A stretch of 64,000 nucleotides of DNA from Christensenellales bacterium (lineage in GTDB: Bacteria; Bacillota; Clostridia; Christensenellales; UBA1242). Shown in pieces: positions 1-8,597 of this stretch (positions are counted from its first letter, which is position 1; each line of letters begins with the position of its first letter). The DNA is taken from positions 35,118 through 99,117 of the forward strand of contig JBJETV010000022.1 in assembly GCA_051883495.1 (NCBI GenBank). Reading direction: 5' to 3'. The notes beneath the pieces are model-generated. The model saw only the letters and a program-made list of their open reading frames with translations, ran no database searches and was not told the DNA's origin. The position numbers and the translations under genes were made by a program.

Positions 1-10
1 TGACAAAAGA

Positions 11-41
11 TTGATAAATAGCGGAGTTTAGCAATTATAAT
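11..41 (+). promoter_or_regulatory. promoter-like 31-bp element, copy 1 (TTGATA-N19-TATAAT)
   Basis: ttgataaatagcggagtttagcaattataat. TTGATA at 11-16 and TATAAT at 36-41. The 19-nt spacer is longer than optimal. It is 26/31 identical to a second copy at 152-182. No gene lies downstream. Confidence 0.2.
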
Positions 42-151
42 CACTACTTTGCTTGTGTATGACAATATGCAATATGTTTTTGAATTGAAGTGTTTAAGAT
101 GTCTTTCTATGAAATCTATAACAAATCTTTGACATTATATTCGCTACAATG

Positions 152-182
152 TTGATTATTAGTGGAGATTGGCAATTATAAT
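152..182 (+). promoter_or_regulatory. promoter-like 31-bp element, copy 2 (TTGATT-N19-TATAAT)
   Basis: ttgattattagtggagattggcaattataat. It has the same layout as copy 1, with 5 mismatches over 31 nt. Confidence 0.2.
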
Positions 183-572
183 GTATAGTTTTTTTTGTAG
201 ATATTTTATTTTTGCAACAAAAAAAATAATTAAGTGGAATATTATTTTGGAAAGAATTTTTTCAACAAATTCTTTATACTTTGCAGTGTTATATTATAAC
301 GGATTAACTTATTTGCAGTTATGATTCATTGCTTTTAGCGATTCTGACTGATTGTTTTTATGAAATATTACACTAATAATATTTTGCTAATTTTTGAATT
401 ACGTTTTATAAAAATAATATCTTTTATAGGGTTATTACTTTGAAACAATAATTTGAAGCAACATTTAGATAAGATAGTGCATTTCCCTATCACATAATTT
501 GCATTTTGTGATTAAAAATAATAATTTTGTATATAAATGATTATTATTTGATTTCTCGATTTTTATTAGATT

Positions 573-638
573 ATGGAGAAAGTTGTCTGCAAAAACAAAA
601 TAAACATGGAGGAAGTTATCCACAAAAATACAATAAAA
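573..638. repeat. tandem direct repeat, 2 x 33 bp, second unit carries a perfect DnaA box TTATCCACA (616-624)
   Basis: Unit 1 (573-605) is atggagaaagttgtctgcaaaaacaaaataaac. Unit 2 (606-638) is atggaggaagttatccacaaaaatacaataaaa. They are 26/33 identical by hand alignment. Unit 1 has a degenerate box, TTGTCTGCA. Confidence 0.6.
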
Positions 639-811
639 TTGTTGATAACTTTCTATCCGACTTGCAGTATTTTGATAAAAGATGATGGTTGATAGAAAAT
701 TTGTATCTAGTGGAAATAATGCGAAAAGTAGAACAATGGACTTTTTGGTCGTAAAAAATGACAAGAATAAAAGAATAATTAAAATTTTTGGGGAAAAGAT
801 GACGATTTTTA

Positions 812-840
812 TTGCTTAAAAAATATTTATATGGTAAACT
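812..840 (+). promoter_or_regulatory. candidate sigma-A promoter of ftsH (TTGCTT-N17-TAAACT with TGn extended -10)
   Basis: TTGCTT at 812-817, TG at 832-833, TAAACT at 835-840. GGAGG at 856-860 lies 8 nt before the TTG start at 869. Confidence 0.35.
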
Positions 841-868
841 TACACTTGTAAAAATGGAGGAAATTTGA

Positions 869-3358
869 TTGAAAAACAATAAATTCAAGGGCTGGATAAT
901 TTTTGCGCTGTCGTTTATGGCAATTATTTTGCTTTTTTACCTTACCCAAACGGGCAATATGGGGACAAAGGTAGCAATTTCTGGACCTTCCAATGTGGTA
1001 ACACTAGAGTCGCTGATTGGTGTTAAGAAAGATTCAGATGGCAAATACACAGTGTCCACTGATATAGATTATGCTGGCAGTGCGGTCAAATATATTGCAC
1101 TGGCGGACAATGGCATTGGTTATGTTATCAAAAAGGATAGCAAATTTTCAAAGGACAATATTCTTAGCAATTGCGATTATTATTTTGAATATGTTACCGA
1201 ATCCGACTATGACCAGGTTAAAGCAATGATAGAAGCCTACAATGCAAAAGCAGAAACAAAAACAGAAGACGGCTGGATTTTGATAGAGGCTTTTCCTACT
1301 CATGTATCCAAAACTTCGTGGTGGGAAAGTTTGCTCCCTTATCTTAGTGTTATAGTTGTAGTAGTGTTAGGTGTTATCCTTATAAGAAGTATATTGGGTG
1401 CCAACCAAAAGAGTTTCAACTTTGGCAAAACAAAGGCTCAGGTGGCTCATGCAGTAAAAGTGAAATTTGCAGACGTTGCAGGCATTGACGAGGAAAAGGA
1501 AGAACTGCTGGAAATAGTAGAATTTTTGAAAAACCCACAAAAGTTTACCGAACTTGGTGCAAAAATTCCTAAGGGCATACTTCTTGTTGGTCAACCGGGC
1601 ACTGGCAAAACCCTGCTGGCAAAGGCAATCGCCGGCGAGAGTAACGTTCCATTCTTCTCCATAAGCGGAAGTGATTTTGTGGAGATGTTTGTGGGTGTGG
1701 GCGCTTCTCGTGTAAGAGATTTGTTTGAACAAGCCAAAAAGGAAGCCCCTTGTATTGTGTTTATTGACGAAATAGATGCTGTTGGCAGACAACGTGGTGC
1801 AGGGCTTGGCGGAGGAAATGACGAAAGGGAACAAACCCTAAACCAACTTCTCGTTCAAATGGACGGATTTGAGGGTAACACTGGGATTATTGTAATTGCT
1901 GCGACTAACAGAGCAGATGTTTTGGACCCAGCACTGTTAAGACCAGGAAGATTTGACAGGCAAATATACATTATGCCACCAGACGTCAAAGGTAGAGAAA
2001 TGATTCTCAAAATTCACGCAAGGAACAAACCAATAGATAGTTCGGTGGACTTTAAGAATGTAGCAAGGCTTACCAGCGGATTTACTGGTGCAGACCTAGA
2101 AAACCTTTTGAACGAGGCGGCAATACTCACCGCAAGAGAAAATAGAAAATCTATAACAATGACGGACATCACAGAGGGGATAAACAAAGTTATTATGGGA
2201 CCACAAAAGCGCAGTAGAGTGGTTACCCCTGTGGATAAGAGAATAACGGCATATCATGAGAGTGGGCATGCAATTGTGGGCAAGGTGCTGGCTCATTGTG
2301 ATGTGGTGCAAGAGGTGTCTATCATTGCAAGAGGTATGGCGGCCGGATATACAATCAGCAGACCGGACAACGACGAAAGTCATATGTCTTACAACAAACT
2401 TATAGACAATATAACCATGATGTTGGGTGGCAGAGCAGCGGAAGAAATAATGGTCAAAGACATTTCTACTGGCGCACAAAACGACATCGAAAGAGCAACC
2501 AAACTGGCTAGGAAAATGGTTACCGAATGGGGTATGAGTGCAAAACTTGGCCCTGTAAACTTGGGTTCTAGCAGTGAAGTTTTCTTAGGTAGAGATTATC
2601 AAAACCAGTTGAATTACAGCGAAAAAACGGCTAGCGAGATAGACAATGAAATAAAAGCAATCATTGATATGTGCTATTCTCGAGCCAAAGAAATCATAAC
2701 CAAACATGCAAAGCAAATGAACACAATGGTGGAAGTTTTGCTGGAAAAAGAAACCATTTATTTTGGCGAAGTGGAAATGATTATGAAAGGCAAAACAACC
2801 AAACAAATTCTTCTTCAAATGGAACAAGATGCCATACGGAATAAAGAAAGAATAGAACTGGAAAGAGCAGAAGCCGACCTGGAGAGAGTGAAGAAAGAGC
2901 AAGCCATAAGGATAAAAACAGCAGAAGCCTTGAAAAAGGGCGGTGTGCTATCTGCAGAGGAAATAGAAAAAGTGGTGGCAGACTCCGAAAATATAATTGC
3001 AACTGCAGAAAAAAAGGTTGCAGAACTAAAACAAAAATTGGCAGAAAAATATGCCAAGCCAGAGTCAAATAAACGAAAATCATCACAAACTAGCGATAAG
3101 AAAACTGCTAGCAAAATGACCAAGGCAAAACAAGCCAAAGAAAACTTGGCAAAGAAGCCTAGGACAAAAACGGAAAAGTCAAACAGTTCAAAAAAAACTG
3201 AAAGCAGTGAAAAAACTGACAGTGAAAAGACACAAAAAGTGAAAGTTGAAAACATTAAGCCTGACAATGCACAATCTGAAAATGTTAAGAATGATCAGGA
3301 TAAATCAGCCAATGAACATTCAAAAGATGTTGGGGCAAATAATAGCGATAAAAATTGA
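869..3358 (+). CDS. ftsH: ATP-dependent zinc metalloprotease FtsH with enlarged ectodomain and long K/E/S-rich C-terminal tail
   Basis: Walker A GQPGTGKT, Walker [31 protein letters not shown], zinc motif HESGH. Two TM helices ([17 protein letters not shown] and [17 protein letters not shown]). TTG start with a GGAGG SD. TGA stop. Confidence 0.95.
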   Translation: MKNNKFKGWIIFALSFMAIILLFYLTQTGNMGTKVAISGPSNVVTLESLIGVKKDSDGKYTVSTDIDYAGSAVKYIALADNGIGYVIKKDSKFSKDNILSNCDYYFEYVTESDYDQVKAMIEAYNAKAETKTEDGWILIEAFPTHVSKTSWWESLLPYLSVIVVVVLGVILIRSILGANQKSFNFGKTKAQVAHAVKVKFADVAGIDEEKEELLEIVEFLKNPQKFTELGAKIPKGILLVGQPGTGKTLLAKAIAGESNVPFFSISGSDFVEMFVGVGASRVRDLFEQAKKEAPCIVFIDEIDAVGRQRGAGLGGGNDEREQTLNQLLVQMDGFEGNTGIIVIAATNRADVLDPALLRPGRFDRQIYIMPPDVKGREMILKIHARNKPIDSSVDFKNVARLTSGFTGADLENLLNEAAILTARENRKSITMTDITEGINKVIMGPQKRSRVVTPVDKRITAYHESGHAIVGKVLAHCDVVQEVSIIARGMAAGYTISRPDNDESHMSYNKLIDNITMMLGGRAAEEIMVKDISTGAQNDIERATKLARKMVTEWGMSAKLGPVNLGSSSEVFLGRDYQNQLNYSEKTASEIDNEIKAIIDMCYSRAKEIITKHAKQMNTMVEVLLEKETIYFGEVEMIMKGKTTKQILLQMEQDAIRNKERIELERAEADLERVKKEQAIRIKTAEALKKGGVLSAEEIEKVVADSENIIATAEKKVAELKQKLAEKYAKPESNKRKSSQTSDKKTASKMTKAKQAKENLAKKPRTKTEKSNSSKKTESSEKTDSEKTQKVKVENIKPDNAQSENVKNDQDKSANEHSKDVGANNSDKN

Positions 3359-3427
3359 CAAAGGCAAATAAAAACAAAATGTTTTGTCAAAGATTAAACA
3401 CAAGATTATTAAAGGACGGATTATATT

Positions 3428-4054
3428 ATGAAAAAGAAAATTGTTATCTCAGTAGCATTGGGAGTAGTAGCATTGCTGGCTATTACAACACTTATTTTGG
3501 CGCTTGTGCCAGTGAACAAAAACACAGTTATTGCAAAACCAAACGCAGTGTATATAACCAACCAAAACACAAAGGAATTTGGTGGGAATTGTGCTTATGA
3601 CAACATACAAGACGGCACTCAAAAAGGCTCTGTGATGCTAAACGACTTCTACAACGCATTCAACGAGAGTTTTGAACAAAAGGCTTTGGTAGCAATGTTC
3701 AGCGGGCAATCTAACAGTGGAATTAAGGCAAACTATGTAGATGTGGCTGGTTCATCAGAAAAAATTTCTAAAAATTATGACACCACAGAAAAATTTACAG
3801 TCATTTTTCACTACAACGATGCCCAAACAATATATGTAGAAGAAAAGGATATGTCATTTGAATACAATTATCTTTTCTTTGAAGTAACAAATGTTGATGA
3901 AAGGCAAGAGGTAACATTTGGAGTGATGAAAGACAATTATTCACTAGATGGTTCTTATAGTAGCCTTTCTTACAAATACTATTTTACTGCTCAAGCCAAT
4001 CTAAAACCTGTCTATCAATATATCAACACAATCCCAGTATTTAGCCAAAAGTAA
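3428..4054 (+). CDS. hypothetical membrane-anchored protein (single N-terminal TM helix)
   Basis: SD AAAGGACGG upstream of the ATG. N-terminus MKKKIVISVALGVVALLAITTLILALV. No recognisable motif. Followed by a hairpin terminator. Confidence 0.7.
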   Translation: MKKKIVISVALGVVALLAITTLILALVPVNKNTVIAKPNAVYITNQNTKEFGGNCAYDNIQDGTQKGSVMLNDFYNAFNESFEQKALVAMFSGQSNSGIKANYVDVAGSSEKISKNYDTTEKFTVIFHYNDAQTIYVEEKDMSFEYNYLFFEVTNVDERQEVTFGVMKDNYSLDGSYSSLSYKYYFTAQANLKPVYQYINTIPVFSQK

Positions 4055-4057
4055 AAA

Positions 4058-4080
4058 AGAACTCCCTTGCGGAGTTTTTT
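4058..4080 (+). terminator. intrinsic terminator
   Basis: Stem AACTCC (4060-4065) / GGAGTT (4071-4076), loop cttgc, then a T-run to 4080. Confidence 0.5.
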
Positions 4081-4091
4081 AGAAAGAGGAA

Positions 4092-5456
4092 ATGAAAATG
4101 CAAAAGAAAAATTTCTTGCTAAAAACTTTTATGTTGGTCTGTATGACTGTTGTAGTGATTTTGCTAGTGGGGTGTTCGCACACGCACAAGGCAGGCTCCG
4201 ATTGGGGCTCTACTGCGGGGGAACACTTCCATATTTGCACGCACCCAAACTGTTGCGAAATAATGGATAGTAAAGAGCATACTTTTGGAGAATATATAGA
4301 TTTTAAGAACCCAACTTGCACAGAGTCTGGCGCAAAATACAAAGTGTGTTCGGTGTGCAAATTTTCTAGTTGGATTACAATAGCGCCTTTATCTCACAAT
4401 TTTGGCACAAGCAGTGATGTTGTGTTTGAATTTGCAAAAATTCCTAACAGCGCTAGCGGATTTGACTTTACTTGCACCGCAACACGAAACTGTGTCCGTT
4501 GTGATGAATTCGAAAGTGAAACTCTTTCCACCGCAGACGGAAAAATCACTGCCAAAACAATCATTCAACTGGGTTGTGGGCAAGATGAGATAACATCTTT
4601 TACCAATCCACAATTTACAAACAAAGCCTTTAGTGATGCTTTTATTTCTCAAAATATAAGAGATGTGATTACTCAACCAAAGGCAAAAGAACATGACTAT
4701 GACTACGGAAATATTCAATATAGTTGGGCTGACGACTATTCCTATTGCACCGCAACAGTTGCTTGCAAAAATGCCGATTGTGAGTCTGTTTTGGAAGAAG
4801 AATCTATAAAAGTGGAACAACAATATTTTGAAGCCTCTTGCACAGAGGGAGATTATACAATATACACTGCAACTTTTGACAATGGGGAAATGTTCGCTCC
4901 AACACAAACTAGGGTAAACGGAACAAACTCTGCCACAGGACATCAATATGGCACTGTAAGTTATTTATGGGCAAATGATTATTCATCATGCACAGCACAC
5001 AACACCTGCGTCTCTTGCAATGTTGAATTTAGCGAAACTGTTGTCAAGACATCAGGCAGTGATAGTCCTATTGTCTATTCCGAAAAACAACAAACTTGTT
5101 TCCAAAGTGGAGAAAAAAAATACACTGCAACATTTGAAAACTCCACTATCTTCCCACAGACAGTGCTTATAGTGGAAAGAACTCCAAAGTTGGAACACGA
5201 GTGGGGCGAGGCAACATTTAGTTGGAGTGTTGGAGATGACGGCAAGGCGACTTGCACTGCAAGAGTAAATTGCACAAGACCACTCAACGACACCACTTGC
5301 GGAGGAAGTTATAGTTATACGATATCCGATATTGCACCTGTTGTAAATGAAAAGGGAGAAACTACTTATACAGCAGATTTTAGAAATATAACCACACTGC
5401 CAGAAAATATCAGAGTAAAATTTGGAGTGCAAATTTACACAGTAACTGCCGAGTAA
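4092..5456 (+). CDS. Cys-rich repeat lipoprotein (4 tandem ~85-95-aa modules)
   Basis: Lipobox LLVGC in MKMQKKNFLLKTFMLVCMTVVVILLVGCSH. SD AGAGGA. Repeated signature: H-x-(W/Y/F)-G ... W-x-x-D ... CTA ... C-x-x-C ... YTA(T/D)F. Confidence 0.8.
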   Translation: MKMQKKNFLLKTFMLVCMTVVVILLVGCSHTHKAGSDWGSTAGEHFHICTHPNCCEIMDSKEHTFGEYIDFKNPTCTESGAKYKVCSVCKFSSWITIAPLSHNFGTSSDVVFEFAKIPNSASGFDFTCTATRNCVRCDEFESETLSTADGKITAKTIIQLGCGQDEITSFTNPQFTNKAFSDAFISQNIRDVITQPKAKEHDYDYGNIQYSWADDYSYCTATVACKNADCESVLEEESIKVEQQYFEASCTEGDYTIYTATFDNGEMFAPTQTRVNGTNSATGHQYGTVSYLWANDYSSCTAHNTCVSCNVEFSETVVKTSGSDSPIVYSEKQQTCFQSGEKKYTATFENSTIFPQTVLIVERTPKLEHEWGEATFSWSVGDDGKATCTARVNCTRPLNDTTCGGSYSYTISDIAPVVNEKGETTYTADFRNITTLPENIRVKFGVQIYTVTAE

Positions 5457-5534
5457 TAATTATCAATTTGTCAATATCAATAAATTTTGTTTAATAATTT
5501 GATTTTGTTGCAAAATTGAAATATAATAGTAAAT

Positions 5535-6266
5535 ATGAAATTTAGAAAATATAACCTTGCAAAAGTGAATAAGTTATACAAAAATAAATGGGATTTGATA
5601 GATAAAGTTGCTATTTTTCTGGCGTCAATTTTGCTAACATTTATAATGGCAATGACTATATTTTATACAGTTTGCTATCAATCAGAAGTAGTTGGCCCAT
5701 CAATGCAACCAACATACAATATTTTGGCCCCAGATATTACGGATAAGGACGAAATCCTAAAAAGCCCTTACAAAGATCACATAATTGTTTCTCGTTTTAG
5801 ACAGCCAAAACAAGGAGATGTTGCCATTGTGGAACTCACTTCCCAGACAATAATCAAAAGGGTGATTGCAGTGGGTGGGCAAACTTTGACACTGAAAAAG
5901 AATATCGAGGACGATTATTACAGTTTTTATGTTGACGGAATGAAACTGGACGAAAGTTATGTCAAAGACCCAGCAGATATGGATTATGATTATATGAAAG
6001 ATTTTGTTACCAACCCTGCGTTGTTCAATATTTTTATATATGCAGAGTCCAAACAAGACGAATTTGGCAACGAAATGGTGCAAATTTATGTTCCAGATGG
6101 ATATGTATATGTCGCTGGGGATAACCGTGGCAACAGTGCCGACAGCAAAACCTATGGGTTGATAAAAACTTCTTCCTTGCGTGGGACAGTGATACTGCAT
6201 TATGCTTACAACGACTCACTTTTAGGAGTTATTATTCGTTCGCTTGCTGACCTTTTTAAGTTTTAA
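5535..6266 (+). CDS. lepB: signal peptidase I
   Basis: N-terminal TM helix. Catalytic Ser box GPSMQPT, Lys box IKRVIAVGGQT, and GDNRGNSADS box. Confidence 0.85.
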   Translation: MKFRKYNLAKVNKLYKNKWDLIDKVAIFLASILLTFIMAMTIFYTVCYQSEVVGPSMQPTYNILAPDITDKDEILKSPYKDHIIVSRFRQPKQGDVAIVELTSQTIIKRVIAVGGQTLTLKKNIEDDYYSFYVDGMKLDESYVKDPADMDYDYMKDFVTNPALFNIFIYAESKQDEFGNEMVQIYVPDGYVYVAGDNRGNSADSKTYGLIKTSSLRGTVILHYAYNDSLLGVIIRSLADLFKF

Positions 6267-6406
6267 GTGACATTTTTTAATCAACAAATTGTCTGTTTTA
6301 TGGAATTATTAAGTTTTTTTTTGTAATATTTTGACAAAATAGCAAAAAATTAGCAAATACAATATTCTTTTTTTAACTTATATATGTTGTAAAATATTCA
6401 ATTGTT

Positions 6407-6435
6407 TTGACAATTACATTGAAATATATTAAAAT
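6407..6435 (+). promoter_or_regulatory. candidate sigma-A promoter of degV (TTGACA-N17-TAAAAT)
   Basis: TTGACA at 6407-6412, 17-nt spacer, TAAAAT at 6430-6435. Confidence 0.45.
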
Positions 6436-6457
6436 TATTTTATAAATGGAGATTGAT

Positions 6458-7327
6458 ATGGCAAACAAAATTCAAATAACTGCAGATAGCACAATTGACT
6501 TAAGCCCAGAATTATACGAAAGGTTTAATATCAAGATTATTCCTTTTGTTGTGATGCTGGGCGACAAAAGTTTTACAGACGGCGTGGACATAAAGCCAGA
6601 GGATATATTTAGACATTTTGACAAAACTGGCGAACTGCCAAAGACAGGGGCAAGGAGTCCAGAAGACTTTGCGGACTTTTTCAAAAGTTTTACCGACCAA
6701 GGATTTGATGTGGTGCATATAGGAATTGGCGCAGAACTATCATCTGGCTATGCAAATGCAGTGGTTGCAAGTCAAAACAATCCTCACGTCTACGTGGTCG
6801 ACAGTCGCACTTTGTCATCAGGCAGTGGGCTACTTGCAATGTATGCCAGCGAACTTGCGTCCCAAGGCAAATTTTCCGCCGAGCAAATTGCTAAAAAGGT
6901 GGGAGAGAGAGCATATTATGGGCAGTCATCTTTTGTTATTGAAAAGTTGAAGTTTTTGTATAAAGGTGGCAGATGTAGTATGTTAAGCATGTTAGGGGCA
7001 AACCTTATGCACATCAAACCTTCAATCAAAGTGGCAAACGGAACCAACAAAGTGGGCAAAAAATACATTGGAAATATGGAAAATTGCGTAAGAAAATATG
7101 TTGAGGATACCCTTAGAGAATATAATACCCCAGACCATACAAGAGCAATGATAACATATTCTTCTATCACTGACGGAATGAAAAAAGTTGTGCAAGAGGT
7201 GCTGGAAAAATACGGCAAATTTAAGGAAGTGTTATACACTAATGCTGGCAGTGTAATAGCCTCTCATTGTGGGCCAAACACAGTGGGGATTCTCTATCTA
7301 AATGACGGAGACGAGGGACATTATTGA
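6458..7327 (+). CDS. DegV family fatty-acid-binding protein
   Basis: N-terminus MANKIQITADSTIDLSPELYERFNIKIIPFVVMLGDKSFTDG is typical of DegV. GGAG at 6448-6451 favours the ATG at 6458 over the track start at 6446. Confidence 0.85.
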   Translation: MANKIQITADSTIDLSPELYERFNIKIIPFVVMLGDKSFTDGVDIKPEDIFRHFDKTGELPKTGARSPEDFADFFKSFTDQGFDVVHIGIGAELSSGYANAVVASQNNPHVYVVDSRTLSSGSGLLAMYASELASQGKFSAEQIAKKVGERAYYGQSSFVIEKLKFLYKGGRCSMLSMLGANLMHIKPSIKVANGTNKVGKKYIGNMENCVRKYVEDTLREYNTPDHTRAMITYSSITDGMKKVVQEVLEKYGKFKEVLYTNAGSVIASHCGPNTVGILYLNDGDEGHY

Positions 7328-7423
7328 TTTTGCGAAAAAGATAAATTGCTTGTGTTGTCAATATGAATATAATTGCCATATTATGCCTGTTAAGTGAAGA
7401 TTGTAAATTATACAAAGTAAAGT

Positions 7424-7459
7424 AGAGTCGTTGAAATACGGCTCTTTTTCTTTTTTTTT
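7424..7459 (+). terminator. intrinsic terminator after degV
   Basis: Stem AGAGTCG (7424-7430) / CGGCTCT (7439-7445) with one T.G wobble, then TTTTTCTTTTTTTTT. Confidence 0.5.
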
Positions 7460-7692
7460 GATAAAAGTGTTATATTAGAAAAGAAGATAAGTATGTAAAA
7501 GTGAATAAAATTACAGGTTTTGGTCAATTATTAGCACAAAAGGTGCTCCAAAATGCTCATAATTTCCCAAAAAAAGCAATAAAAAGGGCTTTTTGTGAAA
7601 AAAATATGCAAAATTGTTAGGAAAATGTGGGGAAATATGCTAACATTAAGTAACCTTTTAAGGAAAATCTTATATTAAAGGAGAAAATTTTT

Positions 7693-7965
7693 ATGAACAA
7701 AGGTGATATTGTTAGCGCAATCGCAACAAAAGCAGGTTTCACACTTAAAGATGCAGATGAAGCATACAAAGCATTTGTATCCACAGTTGCAGAAGCACTG
7801 AAAAACGGAGAAGAAGTGGTCCTTGCAGGATTCGGCACATTCAAAGTTAAAGAAAGAGCAGAAAGAACTGGTGTCAACCCACAAACAAAGAAGGCAATCA
7901 AAATACCAGCAACCAAAGCACCAACTTTCAAGTTTGGAAAATCTTTCAAAGAACTGCTTAAATAA
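7693..7965 (+). CDS. hup: DNA-binding protein HU
   Basis: 90 aa, MNKGDIVSAIATKAGFTLKDADEAYKAF...GFGTFKVKERAERTGVNPQTKKAIKIPATKAPTFKFGK. SD AAAGGAG. Confidence 0.95.
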   Translation: MNKGDIVSAIATKAGFTLKDADEAYKAFVSTVAEALKNGEEVVLAGFGTFKVKERAERTGVNPQTKKAIKIPATKAPTFKFGKSFKELLK

Positions 7966-8042
7966 TTGCAAAGACAATTGCTATGTTCATTGTGAATAAT
8001 TTTTGTTCATTATGAACTCCGAAAGTTTGTTATTATCACAAG

Positions 8043-8070
8043 AAAGGGCCATTTGGCTCTTTTTTGTTTT
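8043..8070 (+). terminator. intrinsic terminator after hup
   Basis: Stem AAAGGGCC (8043-8050) / GGCTCTTT (8055-8062) with one G.T wobble, loop ATTT, then a T-rich tail TTTTTGTTTT. Confidence 0.5.
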
Positions 8071-8436
8071 ATGTAGATAATTCTCAAAAATAGCAATATA
8101 AGTGCTTCGTGTAATTTATCTTCAAATAGAAATTAGTATAATTTCTTGTGGTAAACGAGTAAAAGTCAGTATCCATTTATTTTGTTTTTATTTATTTCTA
8201 CTTCAAAAATTAACTTTCTTTTTTTTCAACTTACAGTAGTTTCTTTTTGAATTATAGCAGTAAATTTATCTTATGCTAAAATTTTCTTTAGTTTTATTTT
8301 ACAAAAGTTTTTATTTTTTTTCTTTTATATAAATACATCTATTTTTTTTGAAAAATTTTTATGTAATTTTTCGCATTTTCTTGGAGGGTAGGTAAAAGAT
8401 TTTGTAGTTTTTTTGTCAAAATTTGGTGTAATTTAT

Positions 8437-8465
8437 TTGGTAAAAATGGAAGATACTATTATAAT
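8437..8465 (+). promoter_or_regulatory. candidate sigma-A promoter of giant gene 1 (TTGGTA-N17-TATAAT)
   Basis: TTGGTA at 8437-8442, TATAAT at 8460-8465. This implies a leader of ~125 nt. The AT-rich context makes false positives likely. Confidence 0.3.
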
Positions 8466-8597
8466 AAGATTGTAGTATTATATTCTTTATCTTATTATGC
8501 AACTTTACTTGAGGAATAAGTGGTCGGTTGATTATTCTTGCAATGTATGAAATTTTTGCAAGGTAATCGGTTGATAGGTCTAAAAGGAGTTATCCAA

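Noticed and set aside
573-638. A CRISPR array or minisatellite.
   Set aside because: There are only two directly abutting 33-bp units with no spacers, and nothing resembling repeat-spacer periodicity occurs elsewhere in the window. No cas genes are present.
1-868. The chromosomal replication origin (oriC), suggested by an AT-rich gene-free region plus a DnaA box.
   Set aside because: I found only one perfect TTATCCACA (616-624). The nearest other candidates have 2 or more mismatches. No dnaA or dnaN gene is in view, and no box cluster is present. One box is not enough to call oriC.
3355-4270. Small overlapping plus-strand ORFs (3355-3600, 4067-4270, 4402-4593, 44101-44361 and similar).
   Set aside because: They overlap better-supported genes in other frames, lack SDs, and have low-complexity or Cys/Arg-rich odd compositions.
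8538-8597. N-terminal extensions of ORF-track models (8538 for giant 1, 17720 for giant 2, 44003 for the GLUG gene, 51507, 54015, 57716, 6446).
   Set aside because: In each case an internal ATG or TTG is preceded by a good SD at 4-9 nt and is followed by a proper signal peptide or a conserved N-terminus. The 44003 extension is encoded by the terminator hairpin of the preceding gene. The 54015 extension overlaps the HAD gene.
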